Part shown: piece by piece, positions 13,601-26,167 of the stretch | How the letters are laid out: each line of letters begins with the position of its first letter | Position numbering within the stretch: position 1 is the first letter of the stretch | Assembly (NCBI RefSeq): GCF_037042905.1 | Contig: NC_087251.1 | Coordinates: forward strand, 12,340,001 to 12,404,000 | DNA from: Lytechinus pictus | Lineage: Eukaryota | DNA: 64,000 nt | Direction of reading: 5' to 3' | Program-made: the position numbers and the translations under genes | Notes under the pieces: generated by a model | The model's input: the letters and a program-made list of their open reading frames with translations, nothing else | Database searches by the model: none | What the model was told of the DNA's origin: nothing

Positions 13601-16600
13601 CTACTACAACTACTACTATTACTACTACTACTACTATTACTACTACTACTACTACTACTGCTACTACTACTACCTCTTCTAATACGTCTATGCTACTACT
13701 AGTAGTAATGGGCCTACTTCTTTCTAATAATACGATTACTATTACTGCTACTATTACTACTACCAATGCTACCACTATTACTACTATACTACTACTACAA
13801 ATTTTGATAATAGTACTAGTATTTCTATTGCTAAACACTTGCATTCCCTGTTTTTCAATAATCGGGTATATATGTAATTTATCGCTTATGGGGCCTATCG
13901 TCATACTGATTTACTCTAGTTCATTACTGAGGTCAACTGTTTGCAATGCACTTGGACATTGTTGACGGTCTCCTGTTTTTCTTTTTATCTTACCCAATAA
14001 CCTTTGGAAATATTTTATGTTGTTATTCTATAAAACTTCTTTAACAAAAAGTGGGTGATGTAAGTGCAAAATTCGCATTCGTAATATATAGCTATATTTG
14101 ACTCCAGTTAATAGCTCAGATCAGTAATGTTTGCATAATAATTCCACTTAAGTACAAGGGGTCCTCTTATCTGATAAAACAACCTTTGGAAATATTCTTT
14201 AGTGATATTTCATAATTTCTTAATTGATAATTAGACAGTGATGTAAGTGCAAAATTTTCTCTTATACAACCTCGAATTTTGTTTAGTTAAGAAATGTGTA
14301 GACCTACCCTACATTAAGATGGAATTCAATTGCTTTTTAGTCAAATTAACTCCAACGAACCCTATGTAGAGTGTTTGAAACCATTTTCTTAAAATATTTG
14401 CTCTTAAATGATTAATTGAACTGAAACTAAAGTATATCAAGCAGATATCAGCATAGGGATCAAATTATCGAGATGTCAGGTCGATGGATTGATGTTTCAT
14501 TGTATGTGGATGTTGTATGTGTGCGTATGTGAATTTGCGACGTGTAATAAGCGTCCTTAACGTGTAGTCAGCTCTTTATCTTTATAGTTCGGTATTTTTA
14601 GGAGTACGTGCAATGTGTGTGTTAAATATGTGTGTTGATAAAAGGGCGCATGAGGGTGTGAGATAGATGTGAGATTGTTTTGGTTAAGTGTGTGTGTGTT
14701 GCGTGTGAGCTAATGTACTCCATTAAAAAACAAAGTATGCATGTACATAAATATTGAAGGGTGGGGTGTGTGGGGTAAGTTTGGGTGAGTGTGTATGGAT
14801 GTGCTATACCATTTCTATTTTCTATGATCTTACCTAGCATTATATTTTAAACTCTCCTCCATCAAGTCTAGGTCTACTTTGTATTAGATATTTTTTTTTA
14901 TATCGATTAGATGGAACCATGTTTCACCCTTATGTGAAGAAAACCGAAGAACTTACCATGTTCAACCCTGAATATTGTAGGTAAGTAAGTTTTCTCTTGA
15001 AATTAATCTCCGAGAAAACATAAATGTTAAAGGGGACGTTCGCCCTGTTAAAAAGTTGACTGTAGAAATATCAGAAAGAAAATTAAAAATGATGTTGAAG
15101 GTTTTCCATTAAAGATTAAGTTATTAGAATTTAAAGTTTTTTATTTGTGACGCCATATACGAGAAACTATACCCCCATTATGTTATGTTATATAAAATGC
15201 AAAATATAAATTTCTAATGGTTCATGATGACTAAAACTTTTCTTCTTTCAGGAGTGGGAGTGAAATAATTTCTCTTTCATTGATTGTTGTAATTCATAAA
15301 ACATGGGAAGCCTCTCGCATATGACGTCACAAAAAAAATAATAACTTCTTCAATCTTTTATGGATTTTCGTCAAACCTTCACCAATAGTTTTTACTATTT
15401 TTTCTCTCATTTTTACAACAATCTCTGGGTCAGGATGAAGTTCCCTTTTAATTGCTGCAGGTGTGCAAGTTGGTTATAATCTACCACTGAAGGATTGGAT
15501 TGTGTTTACTATAATTTGTGTGTCTGATTTACTTACTTTATATCTCATGAAGATTTGGTTACGATCATATTTTTTTATTCTCCTGTCCTCTATGATAGAA
15601 ACCAAAAAATAAATATATATATAAATAAATAAATGAATAAATAAATGAATGGATAAATAAATAAATAAATGATAAATAAATGTGAATTCAAACATCTTAT
15701 TTTGAAATATTTTGTTTCAGATAAAAATTTTTTCATGGGATTTCTTATATCTATCAATAGCACGTGTTAAATGTGATCAATATAATTAATATTCTTAGAT
15801 TAAATGAATATATGTCTTAATACAGTAACAACCACAGTTTGGTTACCGCATTATTTTGTCATCATGCAGTTTATAATCAGTTTATGTTGTATGTTTTACG
15901 TTTATTTATTTTAACTCGCAGTAGGCCTGTGAAATATGGGTCTGTAATTTGCTTGACAAATAGGAATGCCTTGAAACATCGACGGCAACAATCTAGTCTA
16001 GTCACCATAAAACTCCCATCTGTACATATACGCTCAAATGGCTTCATGTAATCTACTAAAGATGCAGAAGTAGGCCCTATGTCATTTTGAAATATGCACG
16101 GTTTAAAGTTTAGCAAAGCAATTTCTGTGCAGTATAATAGTGTATAATTAGGCCTGGGGTAAACCCGCACAATCGATGCGTTTTACCAACCCACTCCAAA
16201 CACCTTTTTATTATAGGCCTATCAACGTTTAATGGTGAATCATTCGTATACACTCACATGTGTATTACGCCTAATATATGCATTCATGTTTTGAAACATG
16301 ATTATTGATAGAAGGTCGCCAAACATAAGCATACATTTTGAACAAAAGCCGAAAACCCGAAAGCAAGCAGACTTTTCCCTACAAAGCAACGGGTTTTCAT
16401 GAATAAACAATGACTAGCTTTCACGTCCAGCCACCAGGGTCCTGCATGGGATACAAACGGCATCCATTTAGTTTGACGACAATCATGCTGTGTATATAGG
16501 CCTACCAATCTGAGTTGTAGTGTTAGTGATAATCTAATTTATAAATGCAGGTCTCTGGATTACGTTTACGAGAAGGACGTCAATTTCAGAGGTATTCCGC

Positions 16601-19600
16601 TGTTGAGGTTCAAGCTTGCCCCACACACGTGGTCTAATGCCACCGTTTATCCACCCAACGCGGGCTACTGCTCGGGTAATCCTGAATTGTGTGGCGTATC
16701 AGGATACATGAGGCAAGATCCATGTCGTCAAGGTACAAACAATTTTGACATTACAGGTTGATGGAGCGATGCCTCGAGGGGGGGGGGGGCAAAGGGGCGA
16801 TGCTCCCTATGTTTCTTCAATAATTAATGAAAAATGAGGAGTAAAAAGCTTTTGCTCCTCTTTGTTCACTAGTTTAAATCCATAGGGGGTGGTCGCATCC
16901 TGCTCCCAAGATAGACCCTGGAGAAAGGACGAAACAAAAAACGACACAAATATTATTTTCATTTCTTTTGTGTGTCATTCTTAATCATTTATTTTTTTTC
17001 ATCATAGAAGAAATACTGGTAAATAAACGCATCCCTGCTAGCTCTTTTTAATATATCTCCCTTCACTGTATGTACAATCTATCCTGGCTTGCATGTGGCG
17101 GTCACTGCAATTCTGTGTGTGTGGGTTGGTGGGTGTGTGTGTCTCTCTGTTTTAAGTATATTGAGAACACACAACCCAATTTCAAACTCAAAGATATAAT
17201 GATAGAGAATATGAGACATGCTAGAGGGAGACTAAGAAATATAGTGCATTGAATCTGAATCTGAATTTAGACAGTAAAAGTATTTATTTATTTATTTATT
17301 TTGTTTTATTTATTTTATACTGCAGGGTAGGCCTGTTCAGTTTGTAAAACTGCTTTACAAAGGCACCCTGCAGTTTAAAATACATGTCAAGATAACTATG
17401 AACAACAACAACAACAAACAACATCAAAAATACAAAATACAAAATATCTAACGTCAGAAACAATTAACACCAAAATATAGAGTGGGAAGTGACAATTTAA
17501 ACATACATAGCATTGTAAATCAATGGAATATCATTTCGCTCTTTATCAATTCGTATGAAAGGCTTTGCATAATTTTTTAAAACTAACAAGGAGGTACAAA
17601 CTTGTAAATTTGAAGGAAGTGCATTAAATAATTTGGGTCCGACATATGCGAAAGATTTTCTTTTATGTTCAATTCTAGCTTTGGGAAGCTGAAGGGGGCA
17701 TCGTAAAGAAAACCGTGTCCTGTATTTCACGGGCCGTTTACATACTAAAGGTTTTAAATAATTTGGAACTAAATCATTCATTATTTTATATACAAGAACA
17801 CAATACTGATATTTTATACGCTGATCTACTGATTGCCACTTCAGTGACTGCAACAAAGAAATTTGTGATGTGCAATAGCTCAAAATTAGTAGTAGTATTG
17901 GACAGAAAGAGGACGTGCAAGTTTAAACCATGCATTTTATACACCTAATTTGTTTGTTGTATATTGATTGATGTGCACTATCATTACTTATTTATGGATT
18001 GAAAATGTTGTATTTATGACCATTTATGTGCAGTTTCCATTTTGTATGCGAAAATTAATTTTCTAGAATATAAAAAGAAATTGAAGTTGTTTAAGGTTGG
18101 GGACAAGCAACGGATAACAGTCAGTTTATCAAAATTGAAGCATGTGTCTCTTCATGGGCCATGGTCTTTTATGTCTTTATTGATATATCTCTGATATTTG
18201 CATATACATATTTGAATATTTAATCTTTCAGGTAGTCCATCAAGTATCTCGAATCCACATTTCTATGAAGGAGACCCTTCACTAATTAATGCCGTAGAGG
18301 GCTTGAATCCAGTCAAAGAACTTCATGAACACATTATGGACATTGAACCAGTGAGTAGTAGAAATAAGAATCTTTACTCTACATCAGATAGGCCTGTTTA
18401 CCAAACTATTCTATTCAAATTTTCTGTATAATTTTGAATAAGTTCTTGCCTGTGCATGGCAACATAAAATCTTGCCAGAAGTGTGTCAGATATAGCATCG
18501 TTTATCATTATCCACATTTTGAGAATACCTTATTACTCGGTTGCCAAGAAAGAAACATCCATATATCTAAATATATCAATAAATGGGTGTACTTGTAGTA
18601 CATTCTCTGCTAGATTGTAATTGTCTAAAACACAAACAAATACTGTATATCTCATTTCATTCTCATTTTAATGTTGTTTTACAGTTTATGGCGCTGTTTC
18701 AGAATCTTATTCATTTCGTTGGTTTTGTTTAGTTAATGGGAATGCCATATGTTTTGAAAGTCAGACTGCAGATTAACATGGAAACTACACAAGATGATTT
18801 AATTGAGTGAGTATATACCATCATAATTTCATTTTTTACATAACATTATTATCGTACTATATCCGATATCTGTCTAGCTTTGTTTAGTTTAATTTGTCTC
18901 AACCATGCCAACAGACAAGTTCGTATATAGTTACCTCATGTGCATTGACCTTTCCTTTCTTCCATAAACATAGGCAAAATTTCAAAGTAAGATGTTATAT
19001 ATGTACGCATGCCTGACATAGCAGGATGCAGAAATTTGATAGACCAGGTGAGAAAGAGCACTGTATACATAATGCATTTGCATCTTATTACAATGTATTT
19101 GGCCAACTGATCTATCTAATTATAAGCACAATTCAAAAGAATACATGAATAATCAAGACTTCAGACTTGGTGCTATGCCATTTGGGTTAGATTACCTTCT
19201 GACCAAGCACAGAATAGAACTACGAACTGGCTTATTCAACGTGTAGTGATTTTATGGTGATCGTTATTATCTGTTTTATCCATTGCATTTTTGTAAATTT
19301 CTTAATTCAACAGCTTATTTAGACTGATTTATCTTCCCCTCTCAATGAAGTGATCATATTTCATATCAGAAAAAATCGGAAATTGTGTACTAGAACTTTC
19401 GCCCCATCCATGATCTGAGCCGTGTAGCTTTATACAACAAAATGTTAATATATACAATTTTTGCCGAGGACCCGAATATTTTAATTATGACATTTTGATT
19501 GTAGGTTTTATCCACAAATCTTATATTTTTATCGCATCTTTTACGCAATATAATGTCTTATGATATAATCTTTCATTTTATGTGACAATAGATACAAGTT

Positions 19601-21715
19601 TTATTAACAATGAGGTTAAGATACCATATTCCAGTTCCGGAGAGATTTGTTGTAATCATTTGTCCTGTGATATAAAATAGAATCTGAATGCAGGATTTTA
19701 AAAGGCGGAAAATTAAATCCCATGTATATTTCATAAAGCGTAAACATATTTTAGTATTGTGTATCTATGACATGCGATCACCAAGACCATCATTCGTAAT
19801 GACCCTGTGCTTTAAAAGGTTGAGAAACAGACAGATAATGATATAGGAAACATAAATATCGACGACTTCTCAATGCTAACTTGCACGATAAGACTTTTAT
19901 TCCTTAATTACCTTCACTAAATTAATTTCTGATTTCATCTTATTCATTTGGTAAACGTGGTTACGTTCAGGGTTGTCATCTTGCACCGTTCGACATACAG
20001 AATAATTCTATTCGAAATAATATAAATTTCTTTAAAATCTTATGATTATGTTTTCGTTATATTCATACAGTGCAGTGAAAAACGTTCGGGAATTAACTCT
20101 ACCTCTTGCGTGGTTTGAGCAGGTAAGAAAAATCATTCGTAGTCAGGCGAACATTTTCTTCATGATTTCAGGGTCCCAGTTAGTAATTAATTAGATTTAT
20201 GCTGAAATAATGAGGATGATTTCAACAATCAGCCTTTCTTAACTTACTTACTCGGCTAAAATGTAAAAACAGATTCATTGTATAATACTGAGTTAGCCCT
20301 AGATAGACGTATATAATTTATATACCGATTGTCCCTGATGCGACAGAAAATGTTTATCTGTTTATTTAATTGAATTTAATTTAGGTAGATAAATTCGCGG
20401 TCATCAAAATGTTCAATAGTTCCAACTTCTTTTAATGCTCGATTCCGAGAGATATTTTGGATTTATAACACTAGCTCCCTTTATTTTCAAATGCTTTGAA
20501 ATAATTCTGTAAAGTTTATAGGCCGACCTTATTACGAATAAAGCCGTGTTTTCAATGAAGTAGTAAACATTGAAGGACAAGCATCTCAGTTTCTGTACGA
20601 AAGTATACGTACTTCTTTCTCTGTTGATTAATGTTGTTAAAATATATTGAGGTCATATAGTTTAGAAAATTAAGATAAACTAACCCTAATCTATTGAAGA
20701 GGAGGAAATAATTAAAACAAATATCCATTAGCAAATTTGAAATCAAATGGGTTTTATGTTTAATATTATAACAATTGACATATTATTAACTCGCTTAAGT
20801 TTTTTGGAACCAAACCAAATGAATTCGATACATTTTAAAATATTTTTTCTTTACAAATAACAGAATGAAACGGAAGGATTTTTTTATATTTCAATACAGA
20901 GCGTAGAAGCAGACGACAAGATTGTCGACGATTACAATACCGGATTCGTCATGACGGCTAATATCGGTATCGCTGTGCAATGGTTATCGATTTGTTCCGG
21001 AATCATATTCTCCATCATTATCATCTTTGACAGTGTCAAGCGGCGGTCTGCTGAAAAAAGGGCTCATGAAATGTCAGAAAAGGATGAGGTAAGATCGTTT
21101 TTATTCTCTTTGAAAAAACGAAAAATAACTAAACTAAGCTAAATTATATTAAACCATAAAAAGAGAAGAAATTTAAATTATTGCTAGCGTAACGAGTGAG
21201 CGGTGTCAAAAGAAATTATATTTTGAGGTAAGAATTCAATGGAACTGTACATGATTTTAGTATAGGCCTAATTGATATTACTCCGTTCTTCTCGAATACA
21301 GCAGGCGATTCGCTTACTCAATTATTGACGATCCCTTATTCCTCGATTTACCAAAATATTGATATTTTCATGCTCCGATTGTCTATCATACAAAGAAAAA
21401 TCATGCATACGAGATAACATGAGTATATAATATAACCAGGCCATCCCTCCCATTCTGTTCAACACTATCTTCATTATACATGATATAAGTATTTAACCCC
21501 TTAATAAAGATGCATCTTTGAGTTTTCGATTTCAATATTTACACAGATAATAAAAAATGCACCTTTACATTTTCTCTTTTCTGTAATATCTGTTTCAGAT
21601 AAAAGATTCTGCTGTTTATAAAGCAAATGACGACATTGAAAATCACAAGGCACCGGTCACCTCATCTCACGAGTTAACCAAGACTGACTATACTAATCCA
21701 ACATTCAGCACATAG
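1605..21715 (+). CDS. Scavenger receptor class B (CD36/SR-BI/LIMP-2 family), intact, 536 aa, 12 exons: 1605-1739, 7850-8007, 9429-9570, 9830-10060, 10699-10840, 14911-14980, 16551-16732, 18232-18350, 18733-18806, 20071-20122, 20900-21088, 21599-21715
   Basis: All introns are GT-AG with compatible phases; the exons total 1611 nt with no internal stop. N-terminal TM (ILYGILMTLSIGLIVSGCL). Family motifs QNPEE..G.KP..EDKGPYVY, TFHDNGT, LTIGELMWGY, IRGTDGTMFHP, YCRSL, NPHFYEGDP, GLNP...HE..MDIEP..G.P...VRLQIN, LPLAWFEQ. C-terminal TM (IGIAVQWLSICSGIIFSIIIIF). Orthology within the family cannot be assigned by eye. Confidence 0.95.
2441..2601. mobile_element. Short non-autonomous DNA transposon (MITE)
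   Basis: Perfect 15-bp terminal inverted repeat CTGGGGAGTGTTTCA (2441-2455) / TGAAACACTCCCCAG (2587-2601); internal repeated ACTTGTCGGACA. Confidence 0.75.
2686..3960 (+). mobile_element. 5'-truncated non-LTR retrotransposon (LINE) remnant: frameshifted ORF2 C-terminus with CCHC motif, plus 3' UTR
   Basis: Overlapping ORFs 2686-2949 and 2912-3418 read ...VLGELGR... and FRCGNHRLPITSGRY...RLCTLCN...GDEFHYIFVCP, typical of the post-RT zinc-knuckle region of LINE ORF2. Ends in AATAAA plus a (TGTCAT)n tail near 3935-3960. Confidence 0.8.
4315..4950 (+). mobile_element. SINE fragment interrupted by an insertion of about 380 bp
   Basis: CCACTCTCGACCCAGGTGCTAAA (about 4346-4368) matches the core of the SINE at 62366-62720. 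SINE-like sequence resumes near 4745 and ends in TGTAAAGCGCTTAGA...ATTATTATT. Boundaries approximate. Confidence 0.55.
5229..5548. mobile_element. hAT-like MITE
   Basis: TIRs CATTGGCGGCGGA / TCCGCCGCCTATG (12/13 match). 8-bp flanking duplication CTTGCTGC (5221-5228) / CTTGTTGC (5549-5556). Confidence 0.75.
5727..6541 (+). mobile_element. Helentron/DINE-1-like non-autonomous element, family 1, in receptor intron 1
   Basis: TGTCTCGCCCAC...GGCGAGAC hairpin, (CCGT)n microsatellite at about 5780-5818, and central tandem repeats of about 155-160 bp. Reverse-complement homolog at 55376-56372. Confidence 0.7.
6745..6955. mobile_element. Degenerate hAT-like MITE
   Basis: Starts CAGTGGCGTA. Flanked by the 8-bp direct repeat CCTGTTCA (6737-6744, 6956-6963). 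Right TIR is degenerate. Confidence 0.55.
6972..7232. mobile_element. hAT-like MITE containing the left duplication breakpoint
   Basis: TIRs CACTAGCGTACCTA / TAGGTACGCCAGTG (13/14). Perfect 8-bp TSD TATACCAT (6964-6971, 7233-7240). Confidence 0.85.
8088..8298. mobile_element. MITE with TA target duplication (also in copy B, 32820-33030)
   Basis: TA-CACTGTAAAA ... TTTTAGAGTG-TA, with internal inverted repeats (GGGTAATTATGTGTCCAACC / GGTTGGACACATAATTACCC). Confidence 0.7.
8338..9035 (+). mobile_element. Probable LINE 3' end (CR1/L2-style tandem-repeat tail), present only in copy A
   Basis: Copy B reads TTCTTGC|TAAAGAAAG (33063-33078) with no insert. The segment ends exactly in AATAAATAAA(TTTGAA)n and has a GGGCCCAC...GTGGGTCCC stem-loop near 8781-8820. 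Confidence 0.65.
11163..13529. mobile_element. Non-autonomous DNA transposon of about 2.37 kb (hAT-like) inside a (CTA)n tract, present only in copy A
   Basis: Perfect 14-bp TIR CATGGGTGTCGATC (11163-11176) / GATCGACACCCATG (13516-13529). Flanks CCTTCTACT / CGTTCTACT. No transposase ORF. Absent at about 34700. Confidence 0.85.
11301..12403. mobile_element. Nested hAT-type element (1.1 kb)
   Basis: TIR CAGTGGCGTA / TACGCCACTG. Perfect 8-bp TSD TGTTCTTG (11293-11300, 12404-12411). Internal GCGAGCGCGAAGCGCGAGC motifs recur about every 100-120 bp. Confidence 0.9.
13533..13800. repeat. (CTA)n microsatellite (also 11066-11153 and about 34640-35000)
   Basis: Read directly; it explains the poly-T, poly-L, poly-Y and poly-V ORFs. 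Confidence 0.95.
15031..15447. mobile_element. TTAA-flanked MITE (Kolobok/piggyBac-like)
   Basis: TTAA-AGGGGACGTT...AAGTTCCCTT-TTAA. Internally similar to 22802-23222 and 26168-26747. Left end deleted in copy B (near 36200). Confidence 0.6.
17250..17895 (-). mobile_element. L2/CR1-group LINE 3' fragment (second copy about 38817-39462)
   Basis: ORF 17497-17883 (LLQSLKWQSVDQRIKY...LVYKIMNDLVPNYL...KSFAYVGPKLFNALPSNLQ) is the typical post-RT C-terminus. Tandem (ATTCAG)n tail at about 17250-17266. Confidence 0.8.
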
Positions 21716-22532
21716 TCGTAACCAGTAACAGTGTATAAAAACTTCTAACCCATAGTCATGTCCAATGCACTGGGAGCGGCGCGGGGAGGGTAGTCTGCTG
21801 TGCAAACCCTTCACTAGAGTTAAAGGTCTGAATGTGCAGCCTATTCATGCATTGTGTACTGAAGGCCCTCTCGAATTAAAACAGCAAGTTTTGTACGTGC
21901 TATGTGGAGACACACTTGCTGATCAAAGTTTCAATCAGGGTCTGTGCCTGCAGACTACGGGGAGGGGGCAGGGGTGCAACCAAGAGCAATAGTTTTTCAA
22001 GCAATAAAAAAAATAGAAGCGGAAAGATTTGAAAAGAAGATGAGGGTTTGGTATTGAATAGAGAGTTCCAACTTCCAAGTCATGTAACTCATTAAATTAC
22101 CCTCTCTCATTTTCATGGAGAAAAGGGGTCACTAGGCCACCCCTTTCATTTGGATACAGCTTTGCGCTATACACCGAATATACAAATTGATTAACCACCA
22201 TCTGATTTCATGTATCAATTAACGCTATTATTACTTTTTTTTTTGGGGGGGGGGTTATCGCAGAGGGATGTAACTACATTGAATACAGTCTTTATATTTG
22301 AATCTAATTTCTTGTTAAAAAGTTTTTAATAACAAGTTGGACTTGCACAGGATAACATTTGGACATCAGTACGCATGAAAGGAAAAGAAAGACAAGAGGT
22401 CCATGTTGTACATAATGTAGTACTGCTAAAGTGTAATATGAATGTATTCATATAAATTCAAACAGAAATATGTATCATAATTTAATAGATTTATTGATGA
22501 TTTGTTTGATTTCCCTTCATTTTGCCCTTTTA

Positions 22533-22798
22533 GGGACGCACCATTAGATACCCAGGGGGTGGGGGCTGGAAGTTTGGGTTGATGTAATTTTTTTTTTCTT
22601 TCTTTTTTGAGCAAATTTTTTACCCTTACTCGATTGAGACAATTTTTTGTTTGCACCTTTCAGATGATTTGTCAGTGGACCAAGTTTTGTTTTTACTCTG
22701 ATGGTGAGCCAATTTTTTTGGGGCTCATATAGCAAGTCAAGTTTGTTTTTAGAAAACTTCCAGCCCCCCCCCCTCCCGGATATCTAATGTTGCATCCC
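22533..22798. mobile_element. PIF/Harbinger-like MITE in the receptor 3' region (copy B about 44108-44362)
   Basis: TTA-GGGACGCACCATTAGATA ... TATCTAATGTTGCATCCC-TTA: 3-bp TTA duplication and GGG/CCC termini. Confidence 0.7.
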
Positions 22799-23437
22799 TT
22801 AAAAGGAAAATTCAACTCTCACAAAAAGTTTTTTCTAAATATACCAGAAAAAGTGATAAACAATACGAGGAAAACAGTGTGAGGAATATCCATCAAAGAT
22901 TAAGAGAGTTATTAGAACTTCAAGTTTTTGATTTGTGACGGCATTTATGAGCAGCTGTCATATGATGTAATATAAAATGCATAACTTTAAAGTTTTTTAA
23001 TTATTGGTGATGACTGAAATTAGTTTCTTTCTGGAGCGGGTGTGAAATGATTTGTCTCTTGTCTAAACTGAGTGAACAAAAAAAATAATAGCTGTTCGCA
23101 TGTCACAAATCAAAAATCCTAATAGCCGTTTTTAATCTTTGAATAATTTTTTTCATACTATTACTTCACAATTATTTATTCTGCTATTTTTACAATATTT
23201 TCATCAGAGTGAGCTTTCCTTTGAGAATGTTTACCAGATTGATAGATATTTCCTTTGTTAAATCATTTGAATGATCAAAATCATTATATAATTTGATTAG
23301 ATCTCAGTTTTTTTGCTCATAGCTCAGTTATTCGAAGCAACAAGAGAATTGTTTTGTGTTTGTTTGTTTGTTGTGTATTTATATGGAAGTTTTATTTATA
23401 TTTCATAGGCCATGTGAATATAACAAATTTCGATTGC

Positions 23438-23443
23438 AATAAA
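23438..23443 (+). terminator. Candidate polyadenylation signal of the receptor gene
   Basis: AATAAA followed by T/GT-rich sequence. Another AATAAA lies at 22003. Motif only. Confidence 0.3.
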
Positions 23444-23854
23444 GCATCTTTCTCTAACCCATTTCTGTTTGAAAATATAATTAATTATTAAGGTTCAGAG
23501 TAATAATGATGTGGAATGCGGAAGCTATTTGATGTTTGCAATTTAGTAATATTCATCACCATCATAATCACAATTGTAATCACTATTACTAATACCTAAT
23601 ACCACCATCCCCATCGTCAATCTTACTGGTCTTTACCGTCATATTGTCAAGATCACCATTAATTACCATTGCCACAACTGCTATCGCCATCATCATCCAT
23701 CGGATACACATCGACGCCTGGGGGTAGGGTACAAGACCATTTCAAGGTGACATTATCAAGGTGACAATTTTCTTCTCTGATATTTCTTAAGCAGTCGCCT
23801 ACTTTCTGTACCTCTTTTTTCATGAAATCCTGGGTTCGCTACTTCATTACCTAA

Positions 23855-24672
23855 ACCATCTCCATTATCACTACCTGCATCCTCATCACCATCACCACGC
23901 CACTACCATCATCATCATTACTACCTGTACCACCACCATCACCATCACCACCACCATCACCACGCCACTACCATCATCATCACTACTACCTGTACCACCA
24001 CCATCACACCATCATCACCACCACCATCACCACGCCACTACCATCATCATCACTACTACCTGTACCACCACCATCACACCATCATCACCACCACCATCAC
24101 CACGCCACTACCATCATCATCACTACTACCTGTACCACCACCATCACACAATCATCATCACCACCACCATCACCACGCCACTACCATCATCATCACTACT
24201 ACCTGTACCACCACCATCACACCATCATCATCACCACACCACTACCGTCATCACTACTTCCACCACCATCATAATCATCATCACCGTCACCACACCACAC
24301 CAATACCATCATCATCACTACTACCTGTACCACCACCATCACACCATCATCATCACCACACCACTACCGTCATCACTACTTCCACCATCACCACTACCAC
24401 CACCAACATCATAATCATCATCACCGTCACCACACCACTACCATCATCATCACTATACCTGTACCACCATCATCACCACACACTACTACCGTCCTCATCA
24501 CTATTACCACCACCACCATCATCACCATTACCACACCATACCATCAACATAATCGCTATCACCAAGACCACCACTACAATCATGTCCATCATCATTGTCA
24601 TCAGTATCACCATCTTCACCATCATCTTCACCATCACCACCACCTACAAGATCTACAACCATCATCATCATC
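23855..24672. repeat. (CAC/CAT)n low-complexity array with a higher-order unit of about 70 bp (shorter in copy B, about 45415-45871)
   Basis: CACGCCACTACCATCATCATCACTACTACCTGTACCACC recurs at about 23896, 23961, 24031, 24101 and 24174. Confidence 0.9.
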
Positions 24673-26167
24673 AATACTGGTTCATATTTTGTCATACTAT
24701 GAGGTAAAAAGTAATTAATCCAAAACAATATCAAATAATGCATATTGTGAAATATGACACTCAATTAAGTACACATCACTGAAATGACGCATCATGCTTT
24801 TCAAAACCAGTCCATCATGGATCTGGATTAGCACATCAAAATCGACTTTTAATACTCATATATTCCATTTTGATATATCATAATTAGCATATCAATATCT
24901 TTCTGTCATACATACATACATTCAACAAACAATACTTTATTGTTTTTGCAACCTAGCCTACATTCCAGAAGCGTAAGATTTCTCAAATCGGAAGTCAAAT
25001 TACAAATCCTTTCCATCCTCATCTAATTAAACAAATATATAAAGATTGTTTTTACATCTATGTGTACATTATGGTGCAAAGTATGGTTTTTATAACTTAC
25101 ATTCTCCAATGGTCAAAGATGACCCTTGACCTTAGCCAAGTATGACCATTGCAGTTTAAGATTAACATTCTTTTTAACTATACAGTGTATACTGTCAATA
25201 AATGGTTCTAACCATTCCAAAGCTATAATGATCTACAACCTACTAACTAAACTTACATATTCAAAATCAGTCTTACTCTAGAGAGAGAATATGCAAAGAT
25301 TGAAGGATACATCAGTACTAAAAAGATGCATCATACATATTGCTGTGAATAAAAATCATTCTTATGTCTTAAATGCTTTCATTTGCGCAACAATCTACCA
25401 AATCAAATGAATACAAAAAAAATATGGCAGTGACATCTACATGTAAACTATGGAGAGTTTAAGTTGAGTGTTGGTGTTGAAAGCACAAACTATATTACAC
25501 AAACAGAATAGTAATCTCATATGACCCGATCAGCTGGAGTTTACAGATCATAGAAAAACTAAATTGTCATAAAGGTCACTTCATGAATAATACTGGACAT
25601 TGAATTATCCACCTATGCTACCCCATTTTGAAAGGAAATAGGTTTTTGTTTTGTATTGGAAAAATTAATTAAATTGACAGCAGGTCTTGCATACTGCACA
25701 AATTAATGCATAAAATACTGTTTATTTGTTTCTGTTTGTCATAACTCCCATAGGAACTCGGCAGGACAGAATTTTTTGCTGGTAAACGCCAAGCTGGTAT
25801 ATAACCAATTACCTTGGAAACATTTTACGTCTAGGTTAATCAGTCATAGTGGCTGACGTAATAGACGACAGATATCACCCTGACATTTGTTTATCAATTA
25901 CATGTCACTTATCACAGACGTATTGTGAACATGAAGTCAGATAAATACACATCAAATCAGTCCCCAATTTACATTATAGATTAATCAATTATCAGTATTC
26001 CAAATTGATTGCAAAGACAACAAAGAATTATTCAGAATTATTACATCAATTATTGAGAAAACATACAGTATTATGTAGATATTATACACATATAAATGAC
26101 AACTACTAGTAACTGAATCTCAATTTTCACTGAATGCAATATGACCCAAACATTAGCACTTAATTAA

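Noticed and set aside
13474..13965. Poly-T/L/V ORFs (also 34550-35166) as mucin or membrane proteins
   Set aside because: These are translations of an intronic (CTA)n microsatellite.
21700..21715. Functional link between the receptor C-terminus and the neighbouring PDZ protein (by analogy to SR-BI/PDZK1)
   Set aside because: The tail ends -TFST, not a typical hydrophobic-ended PDZ ligand; adjacency alone is not evidence.
24528..24764. Asp/Gly/Val/His-rich ORFs (also 45557-46014)
   Set aside because: Translations of the CAC/CAT array that are not conserved in frame between the two copies.
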